A DNA stretch of 64,000 bases from Leucoraja ocellata (Eukaryota): contig JAWMAR010000063.1 in the NCBI GenBank assembly GCA_036785375.1, positions 7,440,001 through 7,504,000 of the forward strand. The letters are read 5' to 3'. Below, in pieces: positions 1-13,650 of this stretch (position 1 is the first letter of the stretch; each line of letters begins with the position of its first letter). Below the pieces are notes generated by a model that saw nothing but the letters and a program-made list of their open reading frames with translations, made no database searches and was not told the origin of the DNA. Made by a program: the position numbers and the translations under genes.

Positions 1-1165
1 ACTCTGCTCCAATTGCATCATTCTAAAAATACTCCCACTGTTTTACAAGCCCATCCAGCCTCCTCCACTTGCCTGTTCATCTTACGTAAAATGGGTGAAT
101 TGACTTTGAGTAGCGGCCTGGTAACCCACACTTAAAGCAATCAGGCATCTCCTGGCTGACCTGGGAAGAAAAACTGGAAGAAGACCTAATTTTACTGCAA
201 ATAAAGTACATTTGAAGGTAGACAAAAATGCTGGAGAAACTCAGCGGGTGAGACAGCATCTATGGAGCAAAGGAAACAGGCAATGTTTTGGGCCGAAACC
301 CTTATTTAAGAGCAGAATATAATCTTGGTTAATTAACAAATTTGCTGTTGATTTGAAAATCCCACTACTCAGTCTTCAATGTACCGTGTAATAGGAAGCT
401 ATCATAGTGACATGCAGATAAGTCCACTGTGGCATAAACAATACAGGACGATTGTGTTTGTGCTGGCTATTGTTTTCCCACTGGAGATGGATAAGGAAAA
501 CTGACTGTGAGACTCGAAGGCGAGCCTTTCTTTCCTGCACAAGTGTCTGGTCATCTCCGCAGCTCCAGACGATATCTTGGCCACAAAAGTTGAAAGGAAA
601 TGTCTTATACTGGTGGAAAGGGACAGAAATGCCGTTGCCTTTTCAATATCACTGTCAAACTACAATCTCTAGTCTCTCATGTTCCTGCTTTTTTTTAAAA
701 AAAGATTGTTCATTCACCAGTTATGGGAATAGTGGTCCATTTGGGAAGGCCGCTAAGAATCAACCATTATGGCCACAAATGCTAGGGGTATATGATCACT
801 AGGCAGGTTAGGCACTCTCGCTGGGATATTAATAAATTAGATGATATCTTATAATAATACAGCCATTTCATGATCACCATTGTTAACACTGGATTTTTAA
901 TTCCAGACTTATTACATGAATTTAAATTTCCTAGTTGCTAAGGCAAGATTTGAAATTGTGTCTCCAATTCAATGGTCCTGTTACCCAAATCTCTCTGCTA
1001 CATCCCCCTAAATCCATTTATTTAATGGAAAAATATATCGTTCTTGGCTTGACTGCTATTTACAAATTGTGGGTTTTCACAAAAGACATTTCATTCAGAT
1101 TCAAGAGTCAGGCCACTTTCACAAATGTATCTGTGCCTTCCAGTAACCAAATACTGATCCAATAA

Positions 1166-1472
1166 AGGGCCTGTCCAACTGTACGAGGTAATTCAAGAGT
1201 TCTCTCGAGTTTCCCCTGATTCGAGCTCGGAGAATTACGGTAATAGCCGCTCGGAGGTACTCGGGGCTCTCATGGCCATTTTTCAACGTGTTGAAAAAAC
1301 TTCACGAGCTTACCGCGTTTCCCGAGTACCTGCCGTTAGCGTTACGAGCTGTTAAGAGACGTCCCGAGTTCCATTGTACCCGCTACGTACATTCTACGTA
1401 CTTACCACGAGTATAATTTTTTTTTTAACTCAGGAGAGCTCTTGGGTAAACTCGTATAGTGGGACAGGCCCT
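1166..1472. mobile_element. PIF/Harbinger-type MITE, 307 bp
   Basis: TIRs AGGGCCTGTCC(A/C)ACT ... AGTGGGACAGGCCCT. TAA duplicated at 1163-1165 and 1473-1475. No coding capacity. Confidence 0.85.
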
Positions 1473-2821
1473 TAAGTTAAACAGATAACTGTTCAGGCTA
1501 CATCCTAGTGTTTAGCATGTATTACTGTACACAATTTCCTTGCCTTAATTAGGGGTAGATATATATAATGTGTCTTCGAATATTAGTTATATTTGTTAGA
1601 TGTATTCAATGTTAAGCAGTCACTGGACCATATATTCTTGAACCGAGTGGGTTTTTTTTAAGTGCTTTGTTCAAATGAGAAAAAGCAGGCCTATAAAATT
1701 GTAAAAGTATATTTAATAACATATTTCATATTATGAATTAATTTAAACATTAATGTTCATTGATATAAAGAATAAAACCAAGCCACTTTATTTAGTTGTT
1801 CCATCCATGTTGTAAGGCCATTTAACTGAGGTTATGCCCCACCATGCATGCCATCATTGGCTGATTGAATTTCAATCTCAGGGCTAATTAACTCATACTT
1901 TATGCCACAAGAAAAAAAATATTTTTCTGGGATAACTTTTCTGCACTTGTGAATTGTTCAATATTGTTAAAGATCTGATCTGCGTCCTGATGAAAAAAAT
2001 ACAAAGTGCTGGAGCAACTCAGCCGGTCAGGCAGCATCTCTGAAGCACATGGATAGGCAAGATTTCGTATCAGGGCCCTTGTTCAAAACTTAGATACTGA
2101 AGAAGGGACCCGGCCCATGTACTCCGCTGAGTTGCTGACTTACTCCAGCAGTTTGTCGTTTTTGGGTAAACCGGAATCTGCAGTTCCTTGTGTCCCCACT
2201 GACGATTGGAGTTTGAAATACCCATTGATGTAACTTGGTTATTTTGCACAGCTGTGCATTGCTCAAGGTGCAAATAGTCAGAAGAGTAGACACAACACTG
2301 GCCCACACTGCATTCCTCTTCATTTTGCAGTTTCTCTGTGAACTGCTTTTCCACATTTTCTAACCACTGGCATTGGACTTAACACTGAGTCCAAGTCAAG
2401 CCAGGAGGCTGAATCTGCCCCATATCTCCATCGTAACTTTAAGCCAATTCTGGTATACCTAGATATCCCATTTGAAGGGCATCACAACCTGAATGGAATA
2501 GTTAAGTGATATGGTTTGGTTTTATTCTTTAATATTTAAATTATATTAGTGTTATAATGTGTTATAAATACATATTTAATTTGTAATGTTATTTTGATAA
2601 TTTGAATCTATCTTAAATTCCTTTGATATCTGCTTTAAAAGGGTTGGCCGTGCAGGGCTGGGACCTTAAGATCTGCCATCTGAGACCCAGAGACACACCC
2701 TTCAGGTGATGGTCATATCACAACTGGACATGCAGTCACATAACGTTAATGAGGCTGTGTGGATTGATCATGGGGTGAGTTGGAGTTGAGTGTGTCAAAC
2801 ACGATTCAGCACATTTAGCAC

Positions 2822-3293
2822 ATGTAGAACATAGAACAGGACAACACAGGAACACACCCTTCAACCCACTATGTTTGTGCCGAACATGTTGCCTACATAA
2901 ACTAATCTCCTCTGCCTGCATGTGCTCCTTATGCCTCCATTCCTGTGTATTCATGTATCTATCTAAAACCCTCTTACATGCCTGTATCATATCAACTTCC
3001 ACCCCCACCCCTCGTCGCACAGTACAGGCACCCGCCATTCTCTGTAGAAAATGTTTGCCTTGCGCATCTTTAAATTTTCTCCCACTGACCATATAGCTCT
3101 GCCTTCTAGTATTTGACCCTGGGTAAAGGTGAAGGCTATCCACCCTATCTATGCCTCTCATCATTTTACAATCTTCTGTCGTGTTTCCTCTAAGCCTCTG
3201 ATACTCCAGAGAAAACAATCCAAGTTTGTCTAACAACCCCTTATAGCTAATGCCCTCAAATCCAGACTGCATCCTGGTAAACCTCTTCTGCAC
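2822..3293 (-). mobile_element. Degraded CR1 3' fragment
   Basis: QKRFTRM...LDKLGLFSLEYQRLRG...RGIDRVD; tail TGTTCTATG. Confidence 0.8.
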
Positions 3294-4020
3294 TCTAAGT
3301 TTAGTGGATGCTTCTTCAAATGGGGGAAGACAGATTAGTCAAACCTTATCACTAATGCACTGCTATAGAGACTGAGATAGCTGACAGTTGTCAAAACTCA
3401 TCCAGTGAAAACAAGTACTTTAAGATGGCCAGTTGAATTTGTTGTCTAGCTGGTGCTGGTGTACATTGACATGGTCATTAGATATCCTGCTCCCCCTCAT
3501 CTACATTATCATGCTTCGTGTGTGACCATAGATAATATCAAAATGGAAAAGGACAACTGGAAACTTGGTTCTGCCCTCACACACAGATACCCATGCAATT
3601 AATTTTAGTAGGATCACTACATAGCAAATAGGACTCATACCATCTCCATCTTAACCAAAGCACACAGATTAATTTTAGCCCCTCTAACGTTGCTCTCAGA
3701 GATCAATTGACATTGCATTCTTTGAACTAATTATAAAAGGTTTGTGCTATGGTGGTCAACTTTCAGTTAGTTACTTTTCTAGGCAACTTATCAGAGAGAA
3801 TGCATTTGAGAAATTAATTCTGGTGATAACAAAAGACGGTAAAGTGCTCTCCAAACCCACGACTAAACTCTTTAGATACTTAGTGAGAGTTATTTAGCTG
3901 ATTTGCACAGGCCCAACTCACTGGGATTTCGAGTGAGACTCAGGTTGTAAACTGAGCACCAGTGAGTGAAGAAATGCAATAATGGGGCAGTTTTCTGATC
4001 ACTGAATGGATCTTGACCTT

Positions 4021-4338
4021 TTTAGTTTAGTTTAGAGATACAGCATGGAAACAGGCCCTTCGGCCCACCGAGTCCACATCAACCAGGGATCTCCGCACAT
4101 AAACACTATCCTACACACACTAGGGACAATTTACATTTACACCAAGCCAATTAACCTATAAACCTGTACGTCTTTGGAGTGTGGGAGGAATCCGAAGATC
4201 TTGGAGGAAAGCCATGCGGCCATGGGGAGAATGTACAAACTATGTACAGACGGCACTTGTAGTCGGGATCTAACCCATGTCACTGGCACTGAAAATGCTG
4301 TAGGGCAGCAATTCTACTGCTGCGCTGCCATGCTGCCC
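4021..4338 (-). mobile_element. HE1-type tRNA-derived V-SINE
   Basis: tRNA-like head, GGTTTCCTCCCAC-type V-domain, CR1-derived 3' end GGGCCGAAGGGCCTGTTTCC and (CTAAA)n tail. Confidence 0.85.
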
Positions 4339-5328
4339 TTGTCACATATTCATACCAGCACCGCAGAATAATAACTGAATATGTATTTTTTTGTTCTCAG
4401 CTACTTTTAATCTACTTTGCCCAGTGCACTTATCATTAATTATTACATGTGGAACATCTGCTGGCAGTTCTATGGTTGTATCTGGGAGGAACTTACTGCC
4501 TGGTTGCTTGACCTACCTACACCACTACCAGCAGGGTAAAGCACATTAAGCCTACCTCTGAGCTTATAAATGACAGATGCCTCAGTTTACTGTAAGTAAA
4601 TCTATATCCGACACAAAAGAAGGAAGGAAATTGATGCTGAATTACACATGAAGAACCGCTCCAGCAGAATCTGCTGCAGTATCAGCTGATGAATTGGACT
4701 AATTCTGTGGATGAAGCTGATCCGAGTGATCACATCTGATTACCTCAGCCTCGAGTTCCATGCATTTTCATCTATTGCTCTCCGGACCACAGGAAATCAC
4801 GTTAATAAACATTAGCCTTTAAATTAATCTTTTTGTTTGAAAATGTTAAGAAGTTTGTGGTCCTACTGTCAACCAATTTGTTAACAGTTTATCTCCATTT
4901 AAGGTTTTTAATGACACCATTTTGTTGGATGGATTGGTCCGCCAAGTGCACTGGTGTTAACCTATGGCCAAGTGCACTGATGTTAACCTCTGGCCCTTCC
5001 AGAGAAGAGAGCTCTCTACTTGTCGTGGAGGTTCAACTGAAAGTTAAACTGTAAACCCAGTGTGCGCCAGATGACCCTTGATAAAAAGAAGTACAAAAGC
5101 TTTTAAATGAACCAAATTGTGGCGCATCGACAGATTAGAGAGAAATCTAAATAAACCCTGCTGGCAAACTGTGAGGAGACGTGTGTGCTGCTGAGTGATC
5201 TTGTATATTTGGAGTGAAACATAAGTAACTTAATGGTTCATTAAACCCTCTCAATCGTACAGAGTGTATGTATGAGGGTCTGCTTGTATTTCAATTAAGT
5301 GGGCACAGAGTTGAATTTAATCAAACCA

Positions 5329-5600
5329 GTTTAGTTTACTTTAGAGCTACAGTGCAGAAACAGGCCCTTCGGCCCACCGAGTCCGCTCCCACCAGCAATC
5401 ACCGCATACAATAACATTATCCTACACACTAGGGACAATTTACAATTTTTACCTAAACCTGCAAACCTATACGTCTTTGGAGGGTGGGAGGAAACAGGAG
5501 CACTCGGAGAAAACCCACGAGGTCACAGGGAGAACGTACAAACTATGTACTGACAGCACCCGTAGTCATGATCGAATCTGTGTCTCTACCGCTGCGCCAC
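5329..5600 (-). mobile_element. HE1-type V-SINE
   Basis: Colinear with 4021-4338, with an internal deletion near the head. Confidence 0.85.
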
Positions 5601-6911
5601 AGTGCGGGCCCAAGTTAAATGATCTTTCCCAAAATGGTGTATTGTTTTTAAGGATCCTATGTGCCAGTGCATCATGTGGCACAACAGCTCCAAACTGCAT
5701 AATGGAAACAAAATATAACCTCTTCTTGTGGTTCATCCTTAATATGGAAGCCATACACCTAAATGAGATACATTCTTCTCACAGATGTCTCTCCTTAATA
5801 TTCCCAAAATGACATTGTACAATTAATTCTGCATATTTCAATATGATTTTATACACTTACAAGATGTGCACTCTTATGGAGAGTGAATGTAAAAGGCAAT
5901 TTAAGTTAAAAAATCACCACTTTAAATGTTCTGTAATAGTTTAGTGGATGGCTGTGTTGCTTTGTACAGTAGTGGGATATGTTAACTTGCTGAGTCATAA
6001 ATCCATTTCTGTTTAATGCTCATGCTTATGCTACCTGAGGCAAATAAACGTGTAATATTATTCCAGTGTGAAACTGATTGGAACAATTGAATTAGTGGCA
6101 TTGGCTCTCACAAATGGACGGAGCATTAATAATTACGAACTTACAATGTTTTTAAAAAATGTATGGAGAAATGGAAACAATGCAGAAAAACCAAAGAAAT
6201 GACCTTGATTTATCAGGTGCTTGGGTCCATTTTGAAGGGCTGTGGAGTATACTTTTTATTTGAAACTTTCAAGGACTTTGCCACAGATTATCTGGGTAAG
6301 ATGGTGTAGACTGAGTTGTTGGAATGACAGAAATGCAAACAAGCCCATGGGAATGGGAATAAACAACTTATTCTTATGCAGATGCAGTGAGGGCATCCCA
6401 AGACTCTCGGCAGTAGGTTAAGTAGCAACATACTCTGAATAACAAGAATGGCACTGAATGGCATCCAATGTGTTTTTCTCTCCTGTCGGTTTTGCTGAGG
6501 CGGCCCATTGCCACAATCTTCCTTGCATTTATGAACACTTTTCAGTCAATGCCCTCTGAGGCATGGTCAACCGAATTTGAAAACGCTTGATTGCCAATAA
6601 ATAAACTTCTCAAATCAGAAGGTTGTGACTCTTTGCAAGTCTTTTCCACAAAGGGCAGTGGAAGCAGAAGCTTTGGATACTTTTAAGATAAGAGTAGATG
6701 AATAAGTGTGTGGGTGAGAGGTTACCTGGGCTAGGTGGGAATGTAAATTTAAAATTACATTCCAATTAATCAGCATATCATTGAATGGCAAAGCAGGCCT
6801 GAAAGACTTCACTAATTCCTGCTTCTAATTCGTAAGGATAAACAGAAATGAGGCGTGAATGAACTCAAAGTCAAAAACCCATGAGAATAGATTCAAAACA
6901 AACATCTAATG

Positions 6912-7295
6912 GCGAAGATAGACACAAAAAGCTGGAGCAACTCAGCGGGCCAGGCAGCATCTCTGGAGAGAAGGAATGGGTGACATTTCAGGTGGCGACC
7001 CTTCCTCAAATTGAGAGACAGCAGAGAGGGAGACAGATATGAAAGGGTAAGGTGTGAAAACAGATCAATGGGGACGATGACCAAGGATATGTAAAATGGT
7101 ACATTGTTAGCTGAGGGGAAGGTGACAACGAGGCATACAATCAGTAATATTTAATTGGGAGGGCAATGAAACTAGTCGGAGAACTAGGATGGGGGAGGGA
7201 CGGAGAAAGAGGGAAAGCAAGGGTTATTTGAAGTTAGAGAAATCAATATTCATACCGCTGGATTGTAAACTGCCGAAGTGAAAGATGAGGTGTGG
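6912..7295 (-). mobile_element. Penelope-like element 3' remnant
   Basis: Minus strand encodes HLIFHFGSLQSSGMNIDFSNFK*, the typical C-terminus after the PLE GIY-YIG domain. It is followed by a pyrimidine-rich UTR, a decayed hammerhead motif and the common short repeat. Confidence 0.7.
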
Positions 7296-8919
7296 TTGAG
7301 GTGAAATATTAGATGTTGTCGAAAAATGTTCTTCCATGTCTGAAACTGTCACAGCTTCAGTCACTCATAGTAAGGACTAGGCCTAGATCGTTAAACTGCT
7401 AACGCTTTTCATATCTGTTACTGCAATGCTGAGGGAGGATGTTGACTGAATAGTTCATAAGCAAATGTCCTCTGCTACCCAGTATTAGTGCTACTTTTAA
7501 GCAGGCTCAATTTGATCACGTTAGTTCTTTATTGGCTTGTTGATCTTTCATATATTTGTACAGCTAACAGTTTTATACCCTCTCATTAATTATTGGTAGA
7601 GTTTCACAAAAGACTGGGAAGCAAGAAATGCATTAGTTGATCTAAGGGACCCTTTCAGCCAACAGCTGCTGCTGCCGATTGAGCCTATTCTCACGGCCCT
7701 GTGACTTTGCTTGGCCGAGGCCTCATTTCTGGTCAGGTTTCAATTCAGCCCGGTGAATGTTCCAAGTATTCCAGCTGGCAATTGATAGGATTACGGATCC
7801 ATTTCTCGCTGGAGTTTCACTGCTTCGCAGGAGTAAATGAAAGGAAAACATACCACTTGGATGTTGTAATGAGATTGCTACGTGGATTTTACATTCTTTG
7901 AAAAAGTGGATCGGTCTAAGTCTTTCGGCTTTTTGGCGTCTTAACTGGAGTGGAGTGTGAGACAGCGGATATAATCAGTTCCTCTGGAAAGAATAGTTGA
8001 TCGCACAGTAGCTTGATAACTGTGCCTGTGTATTTTACCCATTGCTGCTTTGTAAATACCTTGTGTTCAGCGGATTCTCGTCTCGTGAGTGTGAAGCTAC
8101 AGGTTTTATTTTGGATAAAATGCTTAGCTTGCGTAAATACGGTGTGGAACATTCAGGAACTTTTGTCTCTGTGAAGAAAGAGGTAGTGCTTAATGCCCAG
8201 AGCAACAGGTTTTGGATCTAACATTTAATGAAGTGGCCTCTGCTAGATCTATAGGCAAGCGCTCCCCTTTAAGAGGAAGCATTCCAAGCGGTGAAGTTTG
8301 TCTGAAGACGCTAGCTGAAGAAATTGGAAAATAGTATTAACAATGTGACAGAAGGATACATGGAATGATTTGCTGCCCTTATTCATAGGTAATAGAAGGG
8401 GGAATCTCTGAGGTGACGTGGACATTCTGTCTCTTATTAAGATGCACAAATGAACAAGTGTTGATCATTCATCAACTTCTCCTCACTAGTTTTTGTTCAA
8501 AATTATGTAGGTCACTTCAGATCAATTTAAAGAAAGGGAGGGCATCAAATATTGAATCATGAATAGATTCCCTGATTGAGCTAACATTGTATGTCGTTTA
8601 AGGTAGGTCATAGATAACTTGATAATAAATTGGAATAAGGCTGAGGTTTAGAAGAATAGGGATATCAGAATACTTTATGGGCATAATTTAATTAGGACAT
8701 GTTTAAATCAAACCGTTTGAAAATCAAGTACTTCTGACCTGCTGCAGTCATGGGATTGCTATACAAGGGGAAGGAAGGGACAAGATGGGCATGTACGAAT
8801 GTAAATCACTCTGTACTGTTTGATTTAAATTTGGGAATGAATTAGGCTTCTTGGGGTTTATAAGAATGTCATGACAAACTGAAAGGATTTTTCTTATTTG
8901 ATGTTTTCTGTAGTTATAA

Positions 8920-9262
8920 CATAGAATCATACAGCATGGAAACAGGTCCTTCGACCTAACTTGCCCATGCCGACAAAGATCTCCCACCTACCTGTGTTTG
9001 GCCCATATCCCTCTAAACCTTTCCTGTCGATGTACCTGTCTAAATGTTTTTTAAATGTTGTAATAGTACCTGCCTCAACTACCTCCTCGAACTGCTCATT
9101 TGATATATCCAGCACTCTCTGTGTGAACAATTGTCCCTCAGATTACTATTAAATCTTTCCACTCGCACCTTAAACCTATGTCCTCAGGTCCCTGATTCTC
9201 TCACTGTGGGGAAAAGAACCTGTGCATTCATCCTCTCTATTTCCCTCATGATCTTATACACC
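8920..9262 (-). mobile_element. CR1 3' fragment
   Basis: FTQRVLDI...VVEAGTITTFKKHLDRY plus a CR1 3'UTR. Confidence 0.8.
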
Positions 9263-10399
9263 TCTCGGCCTCAGGGGGATTTTATTTGCAGCTTCTTCCA
9301 GCCACATAAATTAATCTATAACACCAGATATTAACGCATGGAATGGCTGCCTGAAGTGCATTAAAAAATAGGACAACCATTTCAGCCTCAGACCCTTCCT
9401 CAGCCTCAGCCCAAAGCATCACCTATTCCTTTTCTTTGGAGATGCTGCCTGACCCGCTGAGTTACTCCAGCATTTTGTGTCTATCTTTAGCTTAAATCAA
9501 CATCTGCAGTTCCTTCCTACACCCTAGTTCTTAGATTGTTTGCTATTCCAATTTATTGCTGGCTACCTTCTGACAGCAAGGAAAAATTACCATCCTTTTA
9601 TGGAGCAAAGTACGTGACTTCAAGGCATCAAACACGGCTTTATAGTTCCTTGGAAATGATGATGATGCATTCACTGTTTTAATGTAAGTTGAGGCAAATA
9701 TTAAAGTTTATTTGCACTTCCGAAGAGCTGGCTATTTATGAGAGCTAATTTATATATAATCAATGTCTTTATAAATATTGTCAGCATTGAATGTCAACAT
9801 ATGTGTTGAGAATTAGTGCAGTTACCGTGCAGAAATAACACAATTGAGCATGGATGTCCTGTTATAACTATAGGATGCCTTGTTTTATTTTTATTACTTT
9901 GGTCCTTGGTGAGTCTATATCTGTTTTGGTCTCTTTACACAAGAAAGGTTATGCTTGCCATCGGGAGAGTCCAGCAAAATGATTCCGCAAATGGGAAGAA
10001 AGTCGAAACAAGGAACTGCAGATGCTGATTTACAAAAAGAAGAGACCCAAAGTGATGGAGTAACTCAATGGATAGGTAACATATTGGGCCAGGGTCCTTC
10101 CTCAGGCCGAAGGAGGGTCCTGACCCAAAATGTCACCCATCCATTTTCTTCAGGGTTGCTTCCTGACCCACTGAGTTACTCGAGCATTTTGTGCCTCAGA
10201 TGAGAAGGATTGACTGATGAGGAGGGATTAGGTTGATGAGACCTGTACTCATTCAATCAGGGTTAGAAGAATGGGGGATTTTATTGATGAACGAGATAAA
10301 TTGGATTCAGGGAGACTGGGTCCCCTGAATGGGGGTCTAGAATTAAGCCACGATGCGAGTTCACCCAAGAGCTCTCCCTGCAGAAACTGTAAATCCTAA

Positions 10400-10679
10400 A
10401 GCCCCTGTCCCACGACACAAGTTCACCCAAGAGCTCTCCCGAGTTTAAAATAAATCAAACTTGTGGTACTTTTTGACTCTTGGAAATTTTTCACACTGTT
10501 GAAAACATTTCATGAGTTTCCGCGTTTCCTGAGTACCTGCCGTTAGCGTTACGAGCCGCAACGGGACATCCACGAGCTCTGATGTACCCGCTACAGACAT
10601 TCTACATACTTACCACGAGTTTGATTTTTTTTTAACTCAGGAGAGCTCTTGGGTGAACTTGTGTCGTGGGACAGGGGCT
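10400..10679. mobile_element. Second copy of the same MITE family, rearranged
   Basis: TIRs AGCCCCTGTCCCAC ... GTGGGACAGGGGCT. The internal sequence GAGTACCTGCCGTTAGCGTTACGAGC is shared with 1166-1472. It is inserted into a decayed CR1 3' fragment (about 10200-10940). Confidence 0.85.
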
Positions 10680-11599
10680 GTAGGATTTACAGTCTCCACA
10701 AATGAGCTAAGACATGGAGGACTGAGAAGAGGTGATATTTCTTTGATCAGAGCATGGTGAACTTGTGTACATCATATATAAGAAGGTGGTGGATAGATTT
10801 CTAGACACAATCAAATAGTAGGGGAGAGAATGGGAATATGGCACTAAGATAAATGTTGAATCATGATCATAATGAGTGGTGGAGTAATCTCACTGGGACA
10901 AAGGCCTCCAGCTGATCCTATTTGCCATGTGTCTATGTTTCTAGAGCTGGAGCTGTAGGACCGTTAGTCATTCTCTGGCCACAATATTACAATAGCCTCA
11001 CTCTGGCAATAGCCTACAAGTTTATCTTATACTTTATCTGCACTTGAAGTCCCTGTAATTATGTTGTGTGGTCATAGACATGTTAGAGTCATAGAGTCAT
11101 ACCGTGTAGAAGCAGGCCATTCAGCCCAACTCGCCACTCAGCCCAACTTGCCCACGCCAACCAACATGTCCCACCTTTGAAATTCTTTGAAACATTTTCA
11201 AAACATTAAGGGCATTGAATCCCACATCCTATCAGTTGATCCCATTATTCTCTTCTGCAATAAATAAGCTCAATAACAAATATATAAAAATAAAAATGCT
11301 AGAACAGTCTTACTGAGCTGTGTCAACCCAAGACCATCACACTCATCACCAATTCTCTCACGCTTCATCCCTGCACTGACACAATCACCAGAGTGGAGTA
11401 GAAAGAGTGTGAGGAATCTTCGGGATATTCTTCTCTTCTCTGAGGCAATTAGATTAACTGCAGACATCTGTGGTAACTCCTGAAAGTAGGTCCCATTATC
11501 CAACTCATTTCTACACATGGAGCAGCATTATTCCGTAAATCCACAAACACATGTTGTTCTTATTGATGAATTCTCATTAAACGGAATATTGAAAAGCAT

Positions 11600-12078
11600 C
11601 CAAAGAAATTTGTGTACCTACGCCCAGGTTCCAGAGCATGGTAGATGGACACTGCTCGGTCCATCACAGATACTGACCTCCTTCCATCAAAGGGATGAAT
11701 AGGAGATGCTGTCTCAAAGAGGCAGCCAGTATCATCCAAGACCCACACCACCCAGCGCACACTCTCATTTCATTCCCACCATAGGGGGGAAAAAGTAGAG
11801 GAATCTAAAACCATGACCACCAGGTTCAACAGTAGCTTCTTCCCAACAACAATTGGGCTGCTGAACAATACATAAAACCATCATGAACTAAGGAGTCTCT
11901 TTGGTTGTACTAAGATCTACAGGTTTATATTTGCATTAGTTATGGGTGTTATTAATGTAATGATTTTATTTTGTTTATTATATATTATCTATTGCGTTTA
12001 CAGGTCTGTCATGCTGCTGCAAGTACGAATTCCATAATTCTGTTTTCAGTATATATGACAATTAAACTATCTTGAATC
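11600..12078 (+). mobile_element. Rex1/Babar-like LINE 3' end
   Basis: Decayed RCLKEAASIIQDPHHP...TTRFNSSFFP followed by a TGACAATTAAACTATCTTGA-type tail. Confidence 0.6.
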
Positions 12079-13289
12079 GCTTGAGATATTTCTGTTTAAA
12101 TTAGGCATGCTGCTTATTCACACTGCTCTGCAGTGGATGGATTGATCACACCCAGAGTCCAATGCTTATTTTCTGCAATGATGGGGTGTAAATCTCCATA
12201 AATCCTTGTAAATCCTAACTTCACAGCCTGAACATCTCAGTCATCATCTGTCCGTTTTCAAATGAATCTGTCTTTTTAGTTTGCGCATATAACAAGCTGT
12301 TAATACTCCAGCAATTGCTTGAAGTGTAAGTAAACAGTGAGCACATCAGGGAAAAGGAAGCACAACATATAATGTGCGAGTTAAACAGGGTGCTCTCATT
12401 GTATTGGAGTTGGGGTTTTCTCCCTCTATACTCTGGACTGGTCTGTTAAATTCAACTCACACAGCAGCAAGATTTGAGGTGTTTTCTAGTGCGCGGTTCA
12501 ATGGAAATGAATGGAAGCCGTATTAAATATAGTTTTAGAGATTTGGCATGAAAACAGGCCCTTCGGCCCACTGGGTCCATGGTGACCATCGATCACCCGC
12601 TCATTGTAGTTATATGTTATCCCACTTTCTCATCCCTACACTCTGGGAACAATTTAACAGAAGGCAATTAACCTATAAACCTATATGTCTTTGGGATCTG
12701 GGAGAAAATCCACATGGTGGATCCAACGTCACCCATCCCTTCTCTCCAGAGATGCCGCCTGTCATGCTGAGTTACTCCAGCATTTTGTGCCTATCTTCAG
12801 TTTAAACCAGAATCTGCAGTTCTTTCCTGCAGTGTTTCAGTTTTGATTGTTTGATCTTTATGGAATTTATGGAACTTTGATTGGTTCATATCTGAGCACA
12901 GATCCTATTTTGTTGGCAGGATAATTTCGTAAATATGGACTTCTAATGTAATGTCCAGGCTGTGAAGTGACCTGATGAGTTTAATTCTGGTGTCTATCCT
13001 TCAGATGCTTCATAATTAGATGCCGCAGTCCAGTTGTTGCAAAGTTGGCTCTGTAGCTGATGTTACAGGATGTTCAGTCACTGAATATAGTCAAGGCTGA
13101 GATCTGTAGAACGCCTCCTTGTTTTGTTCACTGTTTATAAATTGCAGCCATGCCTTTGATTTGGTGCATATTAATTACTTGAAAATGGGTGCGCAGAGTA
13201 AAATGTTGAGTTTTATAGTTGACACAAAGCTAAGAAGCGTGTCAAACCGTGATAGTACGGTGTGGTAATTAGTGATATCCTGCAAAGAC

Positions 13290-13650
13290 ACATAGATAGA
13301 CTGGCTCAGTGACCAAACTAGCAGTCGATGAAATTTATGACGGAAAAATGTGAAGATATAAGTTTTGGCAAAATGATGAACAGCAGTATCGGCGAAATGA
13401 CATAGGTATTAAAGATGTGCGGGAACTGAGGGACTGGGTGTACATGCAAATAAACCGCTGTAAGTGTAAAGACATTCCAAGGGAACCCATGGGATATTTA
13501 AGTAGAGGCAGAGACTCAAGACCAGGGGGTGGGGGAAGGGAGGGGTGGGGAATGGGTATTGGTGGTGTTACACTTAAACTGCATAACACTCTGGCAAAGC
13601 CACCTTTGGAATCTTCAATGTAATTCTGATCAACATGCCCTAGGAAGGTT
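13290..13650 (+). mobile_element. Old degraded CR1, left half (host of the young CR1)
   Basis: Decayed translation LKLHNTLAKPPLE...RKVI resembles CR1 [13 protein letters not shown]...RKDI. Confidence 0.6.
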
